Source: Acidobacteriota bacterium
GTDB lineage: Bacteria > Acidobacteriota > UBA890 > WLXD01
Assembly (NCBI GenBank): GCA_963666215.2
Contig: CAXWPL010000002.1
Location: forward strand, 608,001 to 672,000
Direction: 5' to 3'
Length of the DNA stretch: 64,000 nt
Shown: positions 36,797-47,216 of the stretch, piece after piece
Numbering within the stretch: the first letter of the stretch is position 1
Layout: the number at the start of each line of letters is the position of its first letter
Notes under the pieces: model-generated
Told to the model about the DNA's origin: nothing
Database searches by the model: none
The model's input: only the letters and a program-made list of their open reading frames with translations
Program-made: the position numbers and the translations under genes

Positions 36797-38140
36797 GTGG
36801 CGGCAACGCTTACCGCTTTTTTTGCCGGACTCAACGCGTTTCTCTGGGGCCCCCCGATGCTCGTGCTGCTCGTTGGCACCGGCGTTTTCTTGACCTTCTA
36901 CTTGGGTGGCGTCCAATTTCGCCTGCTCGGTCACTCGCTTTATCTGGCGTTCGTCAAGCGCCACGAGGAGGGGGCCGAGGGTGACATCTCGCATTCCCAG
37001 GCGCTGATGACGGCACTCGCGGCGACCGTCGGTACCGGCAACATTGCCGGGGTCGCCACGGCAATCGCCGCCGGAGGCCCAGGGGCCCTGTTCTGGATGT
37101 GGGTGACCGGACTGTTCGGCATGGCCACAAAGTTCTCGGAGGCCCTGCTCGCCGTGCGCTATCGCACCACCGACGCGAACGGTCAGATGAGCGGTGGCCC
37201 GATGTACTACCTGGCTCTTGGAGCCAAACAACCGGCGCTCGGGGCCGTGTTCGCTCTGCTCACCGCGCTGGCCGCGTTCGGCATTGGCAACATGGTTCAG
37301 AGCAACTCGGTAGCCGCCGCGATGAGCGATCACTTCGGCATTCCGACCTGGCTGACCGGACTCGTGATCACGGCGGCGACGGGGATGGTGATCCTCGGCG
37401 GCATCCAAAGTATCGCCCGAGTCACGCAGGTGCTCGTGCCGGCGATGATCATTCTGTACGTGGCGACAGCACTGATCATTATCATCATCCGCTTGGACCA
37501 GATCCCCGCTGTTGTCGCTCTGGTAATGCGACACGCGTTCTCGCCCACGGCGGCGGGCGCCGGATTTCTCGGCGCGACGATCGCTCAGACCATGCGCTAC
37601 GGCGTCGGCCGTGGCGTCTTCTCCAACGAATCCGGCCTCGGCTCGGCGGCCATCGCGGCGGCGGCTGCTCAGACGAGCTCGCCCGTGACACAGGCACTCG
37701 TGTCGATGACGCAGACGTTCATCGACACGATCATCGTCTGCTCGATGACCGGCTTCGTGATCCTGTCGTCCGGTCAGTGGGACAGCGGCGTGACCGGCGC
37801 ACCACTGACGATCAGCGCTTTCTCAGCCGGGCTCGGCGAGCTGGGCGGCGTTGTGGTGCCGATTGCGCTGATCTTCTTCGCCTACTCGACCATCCTCGGC
37901 TGGTCCTACTACGGCGAGAAGTCGATTACGTACCTTCTCGGCGATCGAGCCATTCTTCCCTACCGAGCGGTATTCACGGCAATGGTTTTCGTCGGCGCCT
38001 TGGGACGGGTCGACCTGGTTTGGGAGCTCGCCGATTCGCTCAACGCGCTGATGGCCGTGCCCAATTTGATCGGTCTGCTGCTGCTCTCGAGCGTCCTGCG
38101 AAAGGAAACCCGCGAGTACATTGCCAGCCTTTCCCGCTAG
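36797..38140 (+). CDS. Alanine/glycine:cation symporter (AlsT family)
   Basis: [33 protein letters not shown]. Confidence 0.95.
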   Translation: MAATLTAFFAGLNAFLWGPPMLVLLVGTGVFLTFYLGGVQFRLLGHSLYLAFVKRHEEGAEGDISHSQALMTALAATVGTGNIAGVATAIAAGGPGALFWMWVTGLFGMATKFSEALLAVRYRTTDANGQMSGGPMYYLALGAKQPALGAVFALLTALAAFGIGNMVQSNSVAAAMSDHFGIPTWLTGLVITAATGMVILGGIQSIARVTQVLVPAMIILYVATALIIIIIRLDQIPAVVALVMRHAFSPTAAGAGFLGATIAQTMRYGVGRGVFSNESGLGSAAIAAAAAQTSSPVTQALVSMTQTFIDTIIVCSMTGFVILSSGQWDSGVTGAPLTISAFSAGLGELGGVVVPIALIFFAYSTILGWSYYGEKSITYLLGDRAILPYRAVFTAMVFVGALGRVDLVWELADSLNALMAVPNLIGLLLLSSVLRKETREYIASLSR

Positions 38141-38285
38141 CCTCCCCGTCGGGCGTTCGACGGTACCGCGGATTTGACGTGGGGTCCGCCGAATCGCTAT
38201 TGTGTTTGTAGTCCCCTGACGTTTACGACCGGTTCTCCTTCCTTACGATGAGAGCGTGGGCTCGGCCCACGCGAAGGAGCCCGTT

Positions 38286-40229
38286 ATGCTCACCGAACCG
38301 TCCGCCAGACGCATCTTCACGGTCGTCGCTCTCGCGACACTCCTGGTCCTCGCGCCGATTGGCGCCGCCACCGCCCAGGACGACGTGCCCGCCCGTGTGC
38401 GACACCTCGAGGGCACGGTCACCGTGCAGCGGGCACACGCCGGCGAAACCTACGCAGCCATCGTCAACCTGCCTCTCGATGCTGGCGACCGCGTGTGGAC
38501 TGAGCAAGACGGGCGCACCGAGCTCGTGCTCAGCGACGGCAGCTTCGTTTGGCTCGACGCCAGCAGCACGATCGATCTGATCTCGCTTCCGAGTGCCTAC
38601 GACGTCGATCACGTTGGCATCCTGAGGCTGTGGGCTGGGAGTCTGATCGTCCATCGCGAAGCGTACGACGGTCAGGCGCTCGCTGCTCTGCGAATCGACA
38701 CGCATGGCGGCAGCGCGGTGCTCGGTGGCAGCGGCCAGTACCGCATTGACATCGATCAAGATCAGCTAACCTGGCTCTCGGTGTTCGACGGCCAGGCCGA
38801 GCTGGTCTCGGCTGGCCGCAGCGAGCCTGTGTGCGCCGGCGAGCGCGCCTACGTCGCCGATGGCTCGGCTCCCGGAAGTGCCGTAGCGTTCAATACCGCC
38901 GACGAAGATGACTTCGGATACTGGCAACAGGGGCGCATCTCGGCCGTCGCCGAGACGGTACGCCATACGGCAGCACGAGATTACGTTCCGCGCGAGGTAA
39001 TCCACTACGCCGCGGACCTCGAGCAACACGGCTCCTGGTCCAACTACGACAGCTATGGGTGGGCCTGGCGGCCCCGCGTGTCGGCTTCGTGGTCGCCCTA
39101 CCGAGACGGCCGCTGGGTGTACGGGTTGGGTGGATGGACCTGGGTCCCCTACTCCCGCTGGGGCTACGCCACGACTCACTACGGTCGTTGGCACCACATG
39201 TCGAGCTTCGGCTGGGTGTGGTTCCCGGGGCTGCGGTACTCTCCGGCACGCGTCAAGTGGTACGTCGGCAGCGGTTACCTGGGGTGGACACCGCTCAACT
39301 ACTACAACCAGCCGTGTGTCTCTCTGACCGCCTTTTTCGGCGGCTACCGCACCGGGTACGGATACGGCCGCGGCTTCTACGAATCGAATCGGCAGTCCAC
39401 GGGCCGGGCGATTGCGGGACGCGGTTACAGCGATGGGCTGCGCAACGCATGGACCTTCGTGCCATCCGATCGGCTCGGCGCCGGCGACGTCGGACGTGTT
39501 GCTGTGGAGCGGACGGCGCTGCCTCGCCTCACCGACCGGAACAAGGTGATGATCGACGGGCCGCTACGCCCGCGGAACCCTCAGACCCTTGTCGTCGCGC
39601 GTCCTGGTCAACCCGATGGGGGCGGCGTCCAACGACCTTCCGTTGCCCGGCCTCTTGTCCCTAACGGCGTACGCACCTCGCCCAATCGCGGCGGACGCGA
39701 TGTGGGAACTGTCGCTCCGGCGCGGCCGGCGTCGCCACGCACTGGGATTCGTGTGGTTCCCAGGCCGGCTGGACCGGGCAAGCCGAGCGGACCGAACCTC
39801 GGAAATCGGCCTCGTACGACGACCCTACGCCCTGCTCTCCCGAATACGGGGATTCAGACTCCTCGGCCTACGGCCACTCGACCGCGAGCTGTGCCGTCTC
39901 GCCCATCGCCATCGGTACCGACGCGGCCGAATCTCCGGTCTCGCGGCACACCCCGCAGCGGTAACGGTGGTGCGCCACCGTCGTCGCCCACCGTCACAAG
40001 ACGACCGACGGCGCCAAGCCGGCCGACGACTTCCATCTACAACCGGCCCTCGTCGCCTAGCCGGCCGACCGTGAGTCGTCCCTCGTCGCCAAGCCGTCCG
40101 ACCATGAGCCGTCCCTCGTCACCGAGCCGTCCGACTATCAGTCGTCCCTCGTCGCCGAGCCGTCCGACCATCCGTCGTCGGCCGGCGCCGAAGTCGAGCT
40201 CACGCCCGAGCAAGCCGAAGGGCTCTTGA
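38286..40229 (+). CDS. Exported FecR-domain / DUF6600 protein with a Pro/Arg/Ser-rich tail
   Basis: Signal peptide, GDRVWT...GRTEL (FecR-like), YGWAWRP...WSPYRDGRW...WGYATTHYGRW. Confidence 0.8.
   Translation: MLTEPSARRIFTVVALATLLVLAPIGAATAQDDVPARVRHLEGTVTVQRAHAGETYAAIVNLPLDAGDRVWTEQDGRTELVLSDGSFVWLDASSTIDLISLPSAYDVDHVGILRLWAGSLIVHREAYDGQALAALRIDTHGGSAVLGGSGQYRIDIDQDQLTWLSVFDGQAELVSAGRSEPVCAGERAYVADGSAPGSAVAFNTADEDDFGYWQQGRISAVAETVRHTAARDYVPREVIHYAADLEQHGSWSNYDSYGWAWRPRVSASWSPYRDGRWVYGLGGWTWVPYSRWGYATTHYGRWHHMSSFGWVWFPGLRYSPARVKWYVGSGYLGWTPLNYYNQPCVSLTAFFGGYRTGYGYGRGFYESNRQSTGRAIAGRGYSDGLRNAWTFVPSDRLGAGDVGRVAVERTALPRLTDRNKVMIDGPLRPRNPQTLVVARPGQPDGGGVQRPSVARPLVPNGVRTSPNRGGRDVGTVAPARPASPRTGIRVVPRPAGPGKPSGPNLGNRPRTTTLRPALPNTGIQTPRPTATRPRAVPSRPSPSVPTRPNLRSRGTPRSGNGGAPPSSPTVTRRPTAPSRPTTSIYNRPSSPSRPTVSRPSSPSRPTMSRPSSPSRPTISRPSSPSRPTIRRRPAPKSSSRPSKPKGS
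40044..40175 (+). repeat. 4 x 33-bp coding tandem repeat (RPSSPSRPTxS)
   Basis: Units start at 40044, 40077, 40110 and 40143. Confidence 0.9.
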
Positions 40230-40288
40230 GGGCGTTCTTGCCGGCGGGTGAGCGAAGCTGCGCACTAGACGAGGGCTGAGACTCTGGG

Positions 40289-40675
40289 CTAGTTCAAGCT
40301 CGGCCAGCACGCGCCCGCGGCGTTGATCGAGATTCGGTCCTTGAACGACTGCCAGACGAAGTGACGATGGCCGATGCGGTCCTCTTGCGGCGCCCAGCAC
40401 CAAAGCACATTGGGGTCGGGGCTCTGAAAATCGACCGTGAAAATGCCTTTCGGCGCGGCCCCGATGCCGCGGATTCGCTCGGCCCAGCCTTCGAGCAGTT
40501 CCCGAGCCAGCCGATCGTGATCGGCCTCGCGGTCGAGCTGATCGCTCGGCGCAGTCACACGAAGCCGCTCCAACCTGTAGCGCGTTTCATCGGTCGCGTC
40601 GCGCACCTCCGAGAGAGCCACGTTGGCCCGCGCGAGCGTGAAAACGCGGAAGCGATGAAATCTCGGTGTCGGCAT
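40289..40675 (-). CDS. DUF2203-like protein
   Basis: FTLARAN...KG..VDF...LWCW...H pattern. Confidence 0.7.
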   Translation of the reverse strand: MPTPRFHRFRVFTLARANVALSEVRDATDETRYRLERLRVTAPSDQLDREADHDRLARELLEGWAERIRGIGAAPKGIFTVDFQSPDPNVLWCWAPQEDRIGHRHFVWQSFKDRISINAAGACWPSLN

Positions 40676-40908
40676 CCCACGACGCTGTTCGAGGGGAAAT
40701 AGCTCGGCGGCAGCGCGCCGATGGTGCGGAATACGCCCCGACGCTAGCACGTGCGCTGCCGGAGCCCATACCGCCAGAGCGGCTGCCAGGCGCGCTGTTC
40801 CGTCCAAACGAGATCAAGTAGGTCGACAACGAAACATATTCGTTACACATCACAGCCTCATATCACATGCCGAAGAACATCAGGGAGCAAGTAGGGATGC
40901 AGGGCCTC

Positions 40909-40937
40909 TTGCGGCCTCCAGAAGCGGCCACTATGAT
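40909..40937 (+). promoter_or_regulatory. Sigma70-like promoter
   Basis: TTGCGG-N17-TATGAT. Confidence 0.55.
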
Positions 40938-40943
40938 CTGCTG

Positions 40944-41095
40944 ACGCCAGATAGAGATGAGGGCGCGAGGGTCAGCCCCCCCACCCCCGACCCCCGCCCT
41001 TTCAGGGATTCCGGGTACCAACCACAGCCCACCCCACCGGAGTCCCTACTTTTGGACCCGGGGCGCGACTCGCTCGCGCCCCGGGTACTTGTTTG
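40944..41095 (+). ncRNA. Candidate sRNA or structured leader: two C-rich-loop hairpins plus a terminator hairpin
   Basis: Stems at 40960..41000 and 41004..41047, and a perfect 13-bp stem at 41056..41086 followed by acttgtttgt. Confidence 0.5.
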
Positions 41096-41263
41096 TGGGC
41101 CTGTTCTGACGATCCGGGCGATTCGAAGTCCGGACGAGTGCAGTAGGTCCGGAGAGCCGGCAGCCTCCGACAGCACGAAGCGGCCGGCGCCAGTTGTGCC
41201 TCACGTGGGCTCGGAGCCGGAAGCGAGACCGTCGGCCTGACCGAACCCGCAATCCGCAATTCG

Positions 41264-42265
41264 ATGAGCGTTTCGGTCACACGTATCTTCTCCGGCATTC
41301 AGCCGACTGGCGATCTGCATCTCGGGAATTACTTCGGGGCGGTGCGCAACTGGGTCTCGTTGCAGGAGCAGCACCCGGAGTGCATCTACTGCGTCGTCGA
41401 CTACCACGCGATCACCGGCGGGATCGAACCCGACGAGCTGCCGAGGCGAACGCTGCGCCTGGCGGGCGATCTGATTGCCTGCGGGATTGATGCGCAACGC
41501 TCCATCCTGTTCGCTCAGTCACACGTGCCGGAGCACACCGAGCTGGCCTGGATCTTCGCCTCGTTCGCCTCCTTCGGGGCGTTGACCCGGATGACGCAGT
41601 TCAAGGACAAGTCGTCCGGCCGCAAGCACGTCAACATGGGGCTCTTCGCCTACCCGGTGCTGCAGGCTGCCGACATCCTTCTCTACCTCGCCGACGGCGT
41701 GCCGGTCGGCGACGATCAGTCGCAGCATCTCGAGCTGACGAGGGAGATCGGCCGCCGTTTCAACCACGTTGTTGGCGAGGATCTCTTTCCCGAGGTTCAG
41801 ACCCTGCTGACGGAAGGCAAGCGCATCATGTCGCTGGCCGATCCGGAGCGGAAGATGAGTAAGACCCTGGGTGAGAGCCACTACGTTGGGCTCATGGAAT
41901 CGGCGAAGTCGGCCGGCAAGAAGATCCGCTCGGCGGTCACCGACTCCGGAGGCCTGGCGACCGATGAGCTCAGTCCCGGCGTGACCAACCTACTTGGTCT
42001 GCTGCGACTCTGCGATGCGGGGGATCTCGCCGACGAGATGGCAGCCGCGGCCACCGTGGGGCGCTTGATGTACGGGCACCTCAAGATCGCAGTTGAGGAG
42101 CGTCTGGCGGCCACACTGGCGCCAATTCGGGAGCGACGCGAGGCTTTGTTGGATGCCGAAGTTCGAGAGGCCCTGCGAGACGGCGCGAGCCGCGCCTCGG
42201 CAATCGCTCGAGACACCCTGACGCGGGTCCGCGAGCTGATCGGCGTCGGAGCCAGTCGACTCTAG
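41264..42265 (+). CDS. trpS: Tryptophan--tRNA ligase
   Basis: SGIQPTG, HLGNY, YPVLQAADIL, VPVGDDQ, KMSK. Confidence 0.97.
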   Translation: MSVSVTRIFSGIQPTGDLHLGNYFGAVRNWVSLQEQHPECIYCVVDYHAITGGIEPDELPRRTLRLAGDLIACGIDAQRSILFAQSHVPEHTELAWIFASFASFGALTRMTQFKDKSSGRKHVNMGLFAYPVLQAADILLYLADGVPVGDDQSQHLELTREIGRRFNHVVGEDLFPEVQTLLTEGKRIMSLADPERKMSKTLGESHYVGLMESAKSAGKKIRSAVTDSGGLATDELSPGVTNLLGLLRLCDAGDLADEMAAAATVGRLMYGHLKIAVEERLAATLAPIRERREALLDAEVREALRDGASRASAIARDTLTRVRELIGVGASRL

Positions 42266-42499
42266 AACAACCGACGCTGGCGAATCTTGCCCACCGCGTT
42301 CGCTGCGCGAGGGACAAAGATCGATGCTCGTGGACTGTTATGGATCTTATTGATCACACAAACATATCTAAACCTCTTATAGACCTTATAGAGATCAAGA
42401 AAAGTATTGAGAGACTCGACTGCAGTGCACTACGCTAGCGCACATACTGATTCGCAGCAGATGGATGGGTCTCCCTTTGCTAAGACATCAGGACCGAGC

Positions 42500-42566
42500 A
42501 CGGGACGTGCCGCTATTGTTACGACCGGGGAGGTGGGACAGTGGGCGGCGCGTCCCGTATTTTTTT
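42500..42566 (+). terminator. 14-bp stem with about 30-nt G-rich loop and T7 tail; possible sRNA 3' end
   Basis: acgggacgtgccgc / gcggcgcgtcccgt followed by attttttt. Confidence 0.6.
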
Positions 42567-42606
42567 GTCCGCAGGTCGGCCATCTCCGCTGACCACGCGA
42601 GCTCCG

Positions 42607-45558
42607 CTAAACCAGCGTTCGCGCCTGCGCCGTTAGCGTCTTCACTCGCTCGCTGAGGCGGTTCACGAGCTCGGCCTCTCGCTCTCGCGGGCCAAGCGTC
42701 GACGACGTGTCTTGCGGCGCGATGCGCTCCGCAGCGCCGATAGCGATTCCCACCCGGTGGAGTCGCGGCGATCCGCCCCGAGGCCACATCTCGTAGGCGC
42801 CCCAGATCCCCGCCGGGACCACCGAAACGTCCAGATTGCGGGCAAGAATACCGGTTCCGCGGCGGAAGCGCTGCAGAGAACCGTCGGACGAGCGGCCGCC
42901 CTCCGGGAAGATCACCAACACCATTTCGCGCCTCAGACCCTCCGCCGCAGCCTGCAGCGCCCGTTCGAGGTTGGCGTTCTGATCGATGGGGATTGTGCGC
43001 ATCAGCCTGCCAGCGAGGCTCGTCAAGCCGCCGCTGAAGTAGGCGCTGTAGCCAACAAGAAACACTCGCCGGTACAGTCGACGCGGTAGTGCCATCGTCA
43101 GCAGAAACGGGTCGACGTAGCTGCAGTGGTTCGCGGCAATGATGAACGGGTATTCGGTTGGCAGATTTTCCGCGCCCGAAACGGTGAATCCCGGGTAGGT
43201 CGAGAACACTCCCCGCAGCATCACGAGTAGGGCTCTGAAGACGCGCTCGGCGACGGGGCGAGGCTTGAGATAGGGCTCGATTCCTTCCGGCGAACACCGT
43301 AGCAGCTCGGCCCAGCGATCGGTTTCACCTGGGCCGTTCGTGCTGCCGGTTGTTGGTGCTGCCACCTGCCCGGCCACGAGATCCAACATCTCGCCCACCG
43401 TTTGCAGCTGGCCGGCGCGTTCGGCTGGGATCTCGAACCCCAACGCCGCCTCGAGCTCGGCGTGTAACTCGATCCGATCGAGCGACTCCATGCCCAGATC
43501 GATGTCGAAGTGCTGGTCGCGCCGCACGCCCTCGACACGCGCCTGCTTGGCGATCAGCGCACGCACGTCGTGGGCCCAGCCCGGCTCCCCACTGGTGTCC
43601 TCGGCGGGCGCAGGCGGCGAGAAGGCTCGAAGGTCGTCAGCAGCCCGCGGCCGATCGTCAGCGCCGGAATCGACAGACGCCGAACGACCACCAGCAGAGT
43701 TCTCAGCCGCAACGGCGTCGGGGGCGATGGGGGCATTCGCGGCATGAGAACCGGACAACCGCGCCATGACCTCCTCGCGCAGCTCGAAGCGCTTGACCTT
43801 GCGTGTTGTTGTACGCGGCAACGGCTCGGTACGGAGCTCGAGGCTCGAGATCCGCTGCGGCCCGGTCAGCCCCGACGCCACGCCGTCAATCTCCCACTTG
43901 ACCATCTCCCGTACGTTCGCCTGACCCCGGCGCCGAGCAAACTCCAGATTCGGAACGACCATCGCATGCAACCTCTCAGCGCCGCGTCGGGTGGGGTCGG
44001 GGATTCCGAGGATGCAAAGCTCTTCGATCCAGTCGCTGCGCCCATAGACAGCCTCGAGCTCCTCCGGGTAGATGTTCTTACCCGAAGCCAAGACGATGAC
44101 GTCCTTGGCACGTCCGGTGATCTGCAGTTGCCCGTTCGGCAGGAGTCGGCCGAGATCGCCGGTTTTCAACCAGCCATCCTGAAGGGCCGCGGCGGTCGCT
44201 GTCTCGTCGCGGTAGTAGCCAAGCATCAAGCTGCGACTGTGCGCCACGATCTCGCCGATGCCGTCGCTGTCGACGTCATCGAATCGCAGTCGGACACCCT
44301 CGATCGGGCTTCCTACGGTGGTCGGACTCACCTGCGAACGCGGGTGAACTGTCAGCAGGGCCGTCGCTTCTGTCAGGCCGTATCCCTGCACAAGCGGGAA
44401 TCCGAGGTCGAGGAAATCGGAATAGACCTGCGGATCGAAGCGTGCTCCGCCGGTTACGAGAAGGCGCATCTTGTCGCCGAATGGCTCGTGCGCAGCGGCG
44501 AACAGACGCTTTCCGATACTGAGACCGAGCCGTCGCCGCGCGAATCCAGACACCTTCAGCAGCGTGCGCGCAACAGTGCGTCGAGGCGCCGGCAACTCGG
44601 CGAGTCGCTGCATCACGCGATCGTGGAAACGATAGAAGAACAGCGGCACGCAGGCGAAAGCGGTGATCTCGTGGCGCCGAAAGGCAGCGATGATCTTGTC
44701 GGGATTGAGATCGGCGAGAAAGGTGACGCGGCAGCCACGGTGGATTGGACCGAGGCAGTTGGACAGCAACGGCAACACGTGAAACAGCGGCAGCACGCCG
44801 AGAACATGGTCGCTGGCCCGCAAATCGATGGTCTCGAGTCCCGAGCGGATGTTCTCGTACAGTCCGCCGCGCGAGAGCATCACACCTTTCGGTGTCCCGG
44901 TTGTTCCTGAGGTGTAGACCAGAGTGCCCAAGTCGTCGAACGAGTCGTGGTCGATGCGCGGGTGCCAACCTGCGGACTGATCCGCATGCTTGTCCACGAA
45001 GTCATCAACGGCGGTGAGCGCCGCGCCAGGTTGAGGAGTTGCGGGCGAGGCCAACGGCACAGGCGCTCCTGGCGATTCGCCGTCCCATGCCCGCGTTCCT
45101 CCCCCCTCCTCGCGGGTCGGTGCTTCCCGCGCGGTTGTAGCCTCAGCGTCAAGATCGACGATGAGGGGTGGGTTTTCGACGCCGTGGCAAGCGCTGGCCA
45201 CCTTGTGTGACAGCGCTCGCGACGTGACCACGAGCCGCGCACCACTGTGTTCGAGCACGCGCCGAATAGCCGGCGGCTCGAGCGCCGGGTCGATCGGGAC
45301 CGCCACCGATCCCGCGTACCAGGTCGACATGTAGACCACCGGCCACGCAGGTCGGTTTTCGACGCAAATGGCTACACGTTCGCCGTCGCCGAAGCCGGCG
45401 GCGGCAACGGCGTCGCCCAGCCGCGCCACACGATTGCGCAGACCAACGTTGGTGAGCTCGACTCGGCTGTCGCCCTCTCCAACGAGCTGGAAGATCACAT
45501 CGTCGGGTGCCGTCTCGGCACGCTCGCGAATCACCTCGAGTGGAGTCGGTGGCTGCAT
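42607..45558 (-). CDS. Long-chain acyl-CoA/ACP synthetase - carrier domain - PlsC acyltransferase fusion (Aas-like)
   Basis: YTSGTTGTPKG, QGYGLTE, TGDLG, LGMESL (carrier Ser), NHCSYVD, FPEGGRS. Confidence 0.9.
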   Translation of the reverse strand: MQPPTPLEVIRERAETAPDDVIFQLVGEGDSRVELTNVGLRNRVARLGDAVAAAGFGDGERVAICVENRPAWPVVYMSTWYAGSVAVPIDPALEPPAIRRVLEHSGARLVVTSRALSHKVASACHGVENPPLIVDLDAEATTAREAPTREEGGGTRAWDGESPGAPVPLASPATPQPGAALTAVDDFVDKHADQSAGWHPRIDHDSFDDLGTLVYTSGTTGTPKGVMLSRGGLYENIRSGLETIDLRASDHVLGVLPLFHVLPLLSNCLGPIHRGCRVTFLADLNPDKIIAAFRRHEITAFACVPLFFYRFHDRVMQRLAELPAPRRTVARTLLKVSGFARRRLGLSIGKRLFAAAHEPFGDKMRLLVTGGARFDPQVYSDFLDLGFPLVQGYGLTEATALLTVHPRSQVSPTTVGSPIEGVRLRFDDVDSDGIGEIVAHSRSLMLGYYRDETATAAALQDGWLKTGDLGRLLPNGQLQITGRAKDVIVLASGKNIYPEELEAVYGRSDWIEELCILGIPDPTRRGAERLHAMVVPNLEFARRRGQANVREMVKWEIDGVASGLTGPQRISSLELRTEPLPRTTTRKVKRFELREEVMARLSGSHAANAPIAPDAVAAENSAGGRSASVDSGADDRPRAADDLRAFSPPAPAEDTSGEPGWAHDVRALIAKQARVEGVRRDQHFDIDLGMESLDRIELHAELEAALGFEIPAERAGQLQTVGEMLDLVAGQVAAPTTGSTNGPGETDRWAELLRCSPEGIEPYLKPRPVAERVFRALLVMLRGVFSTYPGFTVSGAENLPTEYPFIIAANHCSYVDPFLLTMALPRRLYRRVFLVGYSAYFSGGLTSLAGRLMRTIPIDQNANLERALQAAAEGLRREMVLVIFPEGGRSSDGSLQRFRRGTGILARNLDVSVVPAGIWGAYEMWPRGGSPRLHRVGIAIGAAERIAPQDTSSTLGPREREAELVNRLSERVKTLTAQARTLV

Positions 45559-45637
45559 AGCGAGAGTATAGCTGCGGACGAAACCGGTCCCGTCCGCCCG
45601 TTCGCCCGTTCGCTCGTTCGACTGTCCTGGCGAGTGC

Positions 45638-47152
45638 CTACTCCACCCGTCGACCACGGGCGAAGATAACCGCCACCTCGCGCATGACGCTCATGTCACT
45701 GAGCGGGTCGCCGCGCACCGCGATCACGTCGCCGAGCATGCCCGCTGCCAGTGCCCCGAGCTCCGACTGCACGCCGAGAGCGCGCGCTGGCCAAAGTGTG
45801 GCGGCCTGCAGAACCTCCATCGGCGGCACGCCGAATTCGGTCCAAAGGACCATCTCGCGCCACGTGGAGTCGTTATGGAACATTGTCGGAATGCCCGAGT
45901 CGGTTCCAATCAACAGTCGAACACCGGTCTCCCGCAGCTGTCGGAACTTCACCGGTAACAGTGGAATCCGCGACGGAAACAGCGCGTAGTACGGCAGGTG
46001 CGGAATCGCCGACAACGAGTCGGAAATCTCATTCACCATCGGCTCCGGCATGCCGTCTCGCCAGCCGGGCTCATCGAGGCGCTCGGGGAACACCTCTCCC
46101 GTGTACCGCATCGTGTAGAGCGGCGAAACGGTGGGCGTCCAGTAGAGGGCCGTGTTGCGCTCGCGCAGCGCGGCGAGAACATCCTCCGGGTAGCCGGGTG
46201 CCGTGCCTAGACCGGTGTGCTCAAAGCCGTCGACGCCGTGCCGCAGTCCAACACGAATCTCCTCGGCGCGGTGCGCGTGCGCGATCACTGGAAGACCGGC
46301 GTCGTGCGCCGCCGAGACAATCGCGGCAACAACATCCTCTTCCATCAGGTCTTGGTCGATGAGCTTGATGAAGTCGACGCCGCGGGCAGCGAGGTCGCCG
46401 ACGGTCTGGCGTGCCGCACTCGGACTGCGGACTCCCCAGCGGTAGCTCGACTCCCATTCTGCGTACGGCGCATCCTGCAGGAAGGGTCCCGATACGAAGA
46501 GACGCGGCCCTTCGATCTCGCCCGTCTCGATACGCTCCTTCACCGCGAGAATGTCGTCGGGAGCCGCGCCCATGTCGCGGGCGCTGGTCACACCCGCATG
46601 CAACAGCTGCCGAGCCGCGATCGGCATGACGGTATCGGCTATCGAATCGCCGTACAGCTGTTCCCAGCGCTCGTAGTTGCCGTGGCCGACGTGCTTCAAG
46701 TGCACGTGCATGTCGAAGAGCCCCGGCAGCACCGTCATACCCTCGGTCGAGATGAGCTCCGCCGTGGCGGGGATCTCGATGGAGTGCATCGGCCCGACCG
46801 CCAGGATGCGGCCGTCTTCGATGAGCACCACGGCGTCTTCGATCGGTGGCCCACCGAAGCCGTCGATTACCCGTCCGCCGACGAGCGCCAACGTGGCCGC
46901 GGCCTCTACGCCTTCACGACCTCCGGGACGGCGGCCTGAAGAAGAGTCACCGGTCGACCCTGGACGCGCGTCGCCGGCAGTCGAAGCGTCCCCTGCCGAG
47001 TTCGCTCCGCCCTCAGTCTCGGGGACCGGCGAAGCCGAGTCCTCGGTGGACTCGCCGCCCGGGCACGCCGCCAAGCCGAGCGAGAGCAGCAGCGACGCTC
47101 CCAGCGCAGTCAGCCTCGCCCGGGTCGGGGACGACAACCGGCACCGCCTCAA
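45638..47152 (-). CDS. Amidohydrolase family lipoprotein (start approximate)
   Basis: LAAC lipobox, PGLFDMHVH, AHAH, EH, GTDSG. Confidence 0.85.
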   Translation of the reverse strand: MRRCRLSSPTRARLTALGASLLLSLGLAACPGGESTEDSASPVPETEGGANSAGDASTAGDARPGSTGDSSSGRRPGGREGVEAAATLALVGGRVIDGFGGPPIEDAVVLIEDGRILAVGPMHSIEIPATAELISTEGMTVLPGLFDMHVHLKHVGHGNYERWEQLYGDSIADTVMPIAARQLLHAGVTSARDMGAAPDDILAVKERIETGEIEGPRLFVSGPFLQDAPYAEWESSYRWGVRSPSAARQTVGDLAARGVDFIKLIDQDLMEEDVVAAIVSAAHDAGLPVIAHAHRAEEIRVGLRHGVDGFEHTGLGTAPGYPEDVLAALRERNTALYWTPTVSPLYTMRYTGEVFPERLDEPGWRDGMPEPMVNEISDSLSAIPHLPYYALFPSRIPLLPVKFRQLRETGVRLLIGTDSGIPTMFHNDSTWREMVLWTEFGVPPMEVLQAATLWPARALGVQSELGALAAGMLGDVIAVRGDPLSDMSVMREVAVIFARGRRVE

Positions 47153-47216
47153 GCCAGCCGGTCTCGACGAGCTTGATGCGGCTGATTCCGACCTTCGCAA
47201 CGGTACGCCGGCGTTC

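Noticed and set aside
41143-41170. SRP RNA-like aggtccgga...gcagc
   Set aside because: It lacks the GGAAGGAAGCAG core and a long closing stem.
40944-41263. T-box or Trp leader peptide for trpS
   Set aside because: No convincing UGGNACC antiterminator context and no Trp-rich short ORF.
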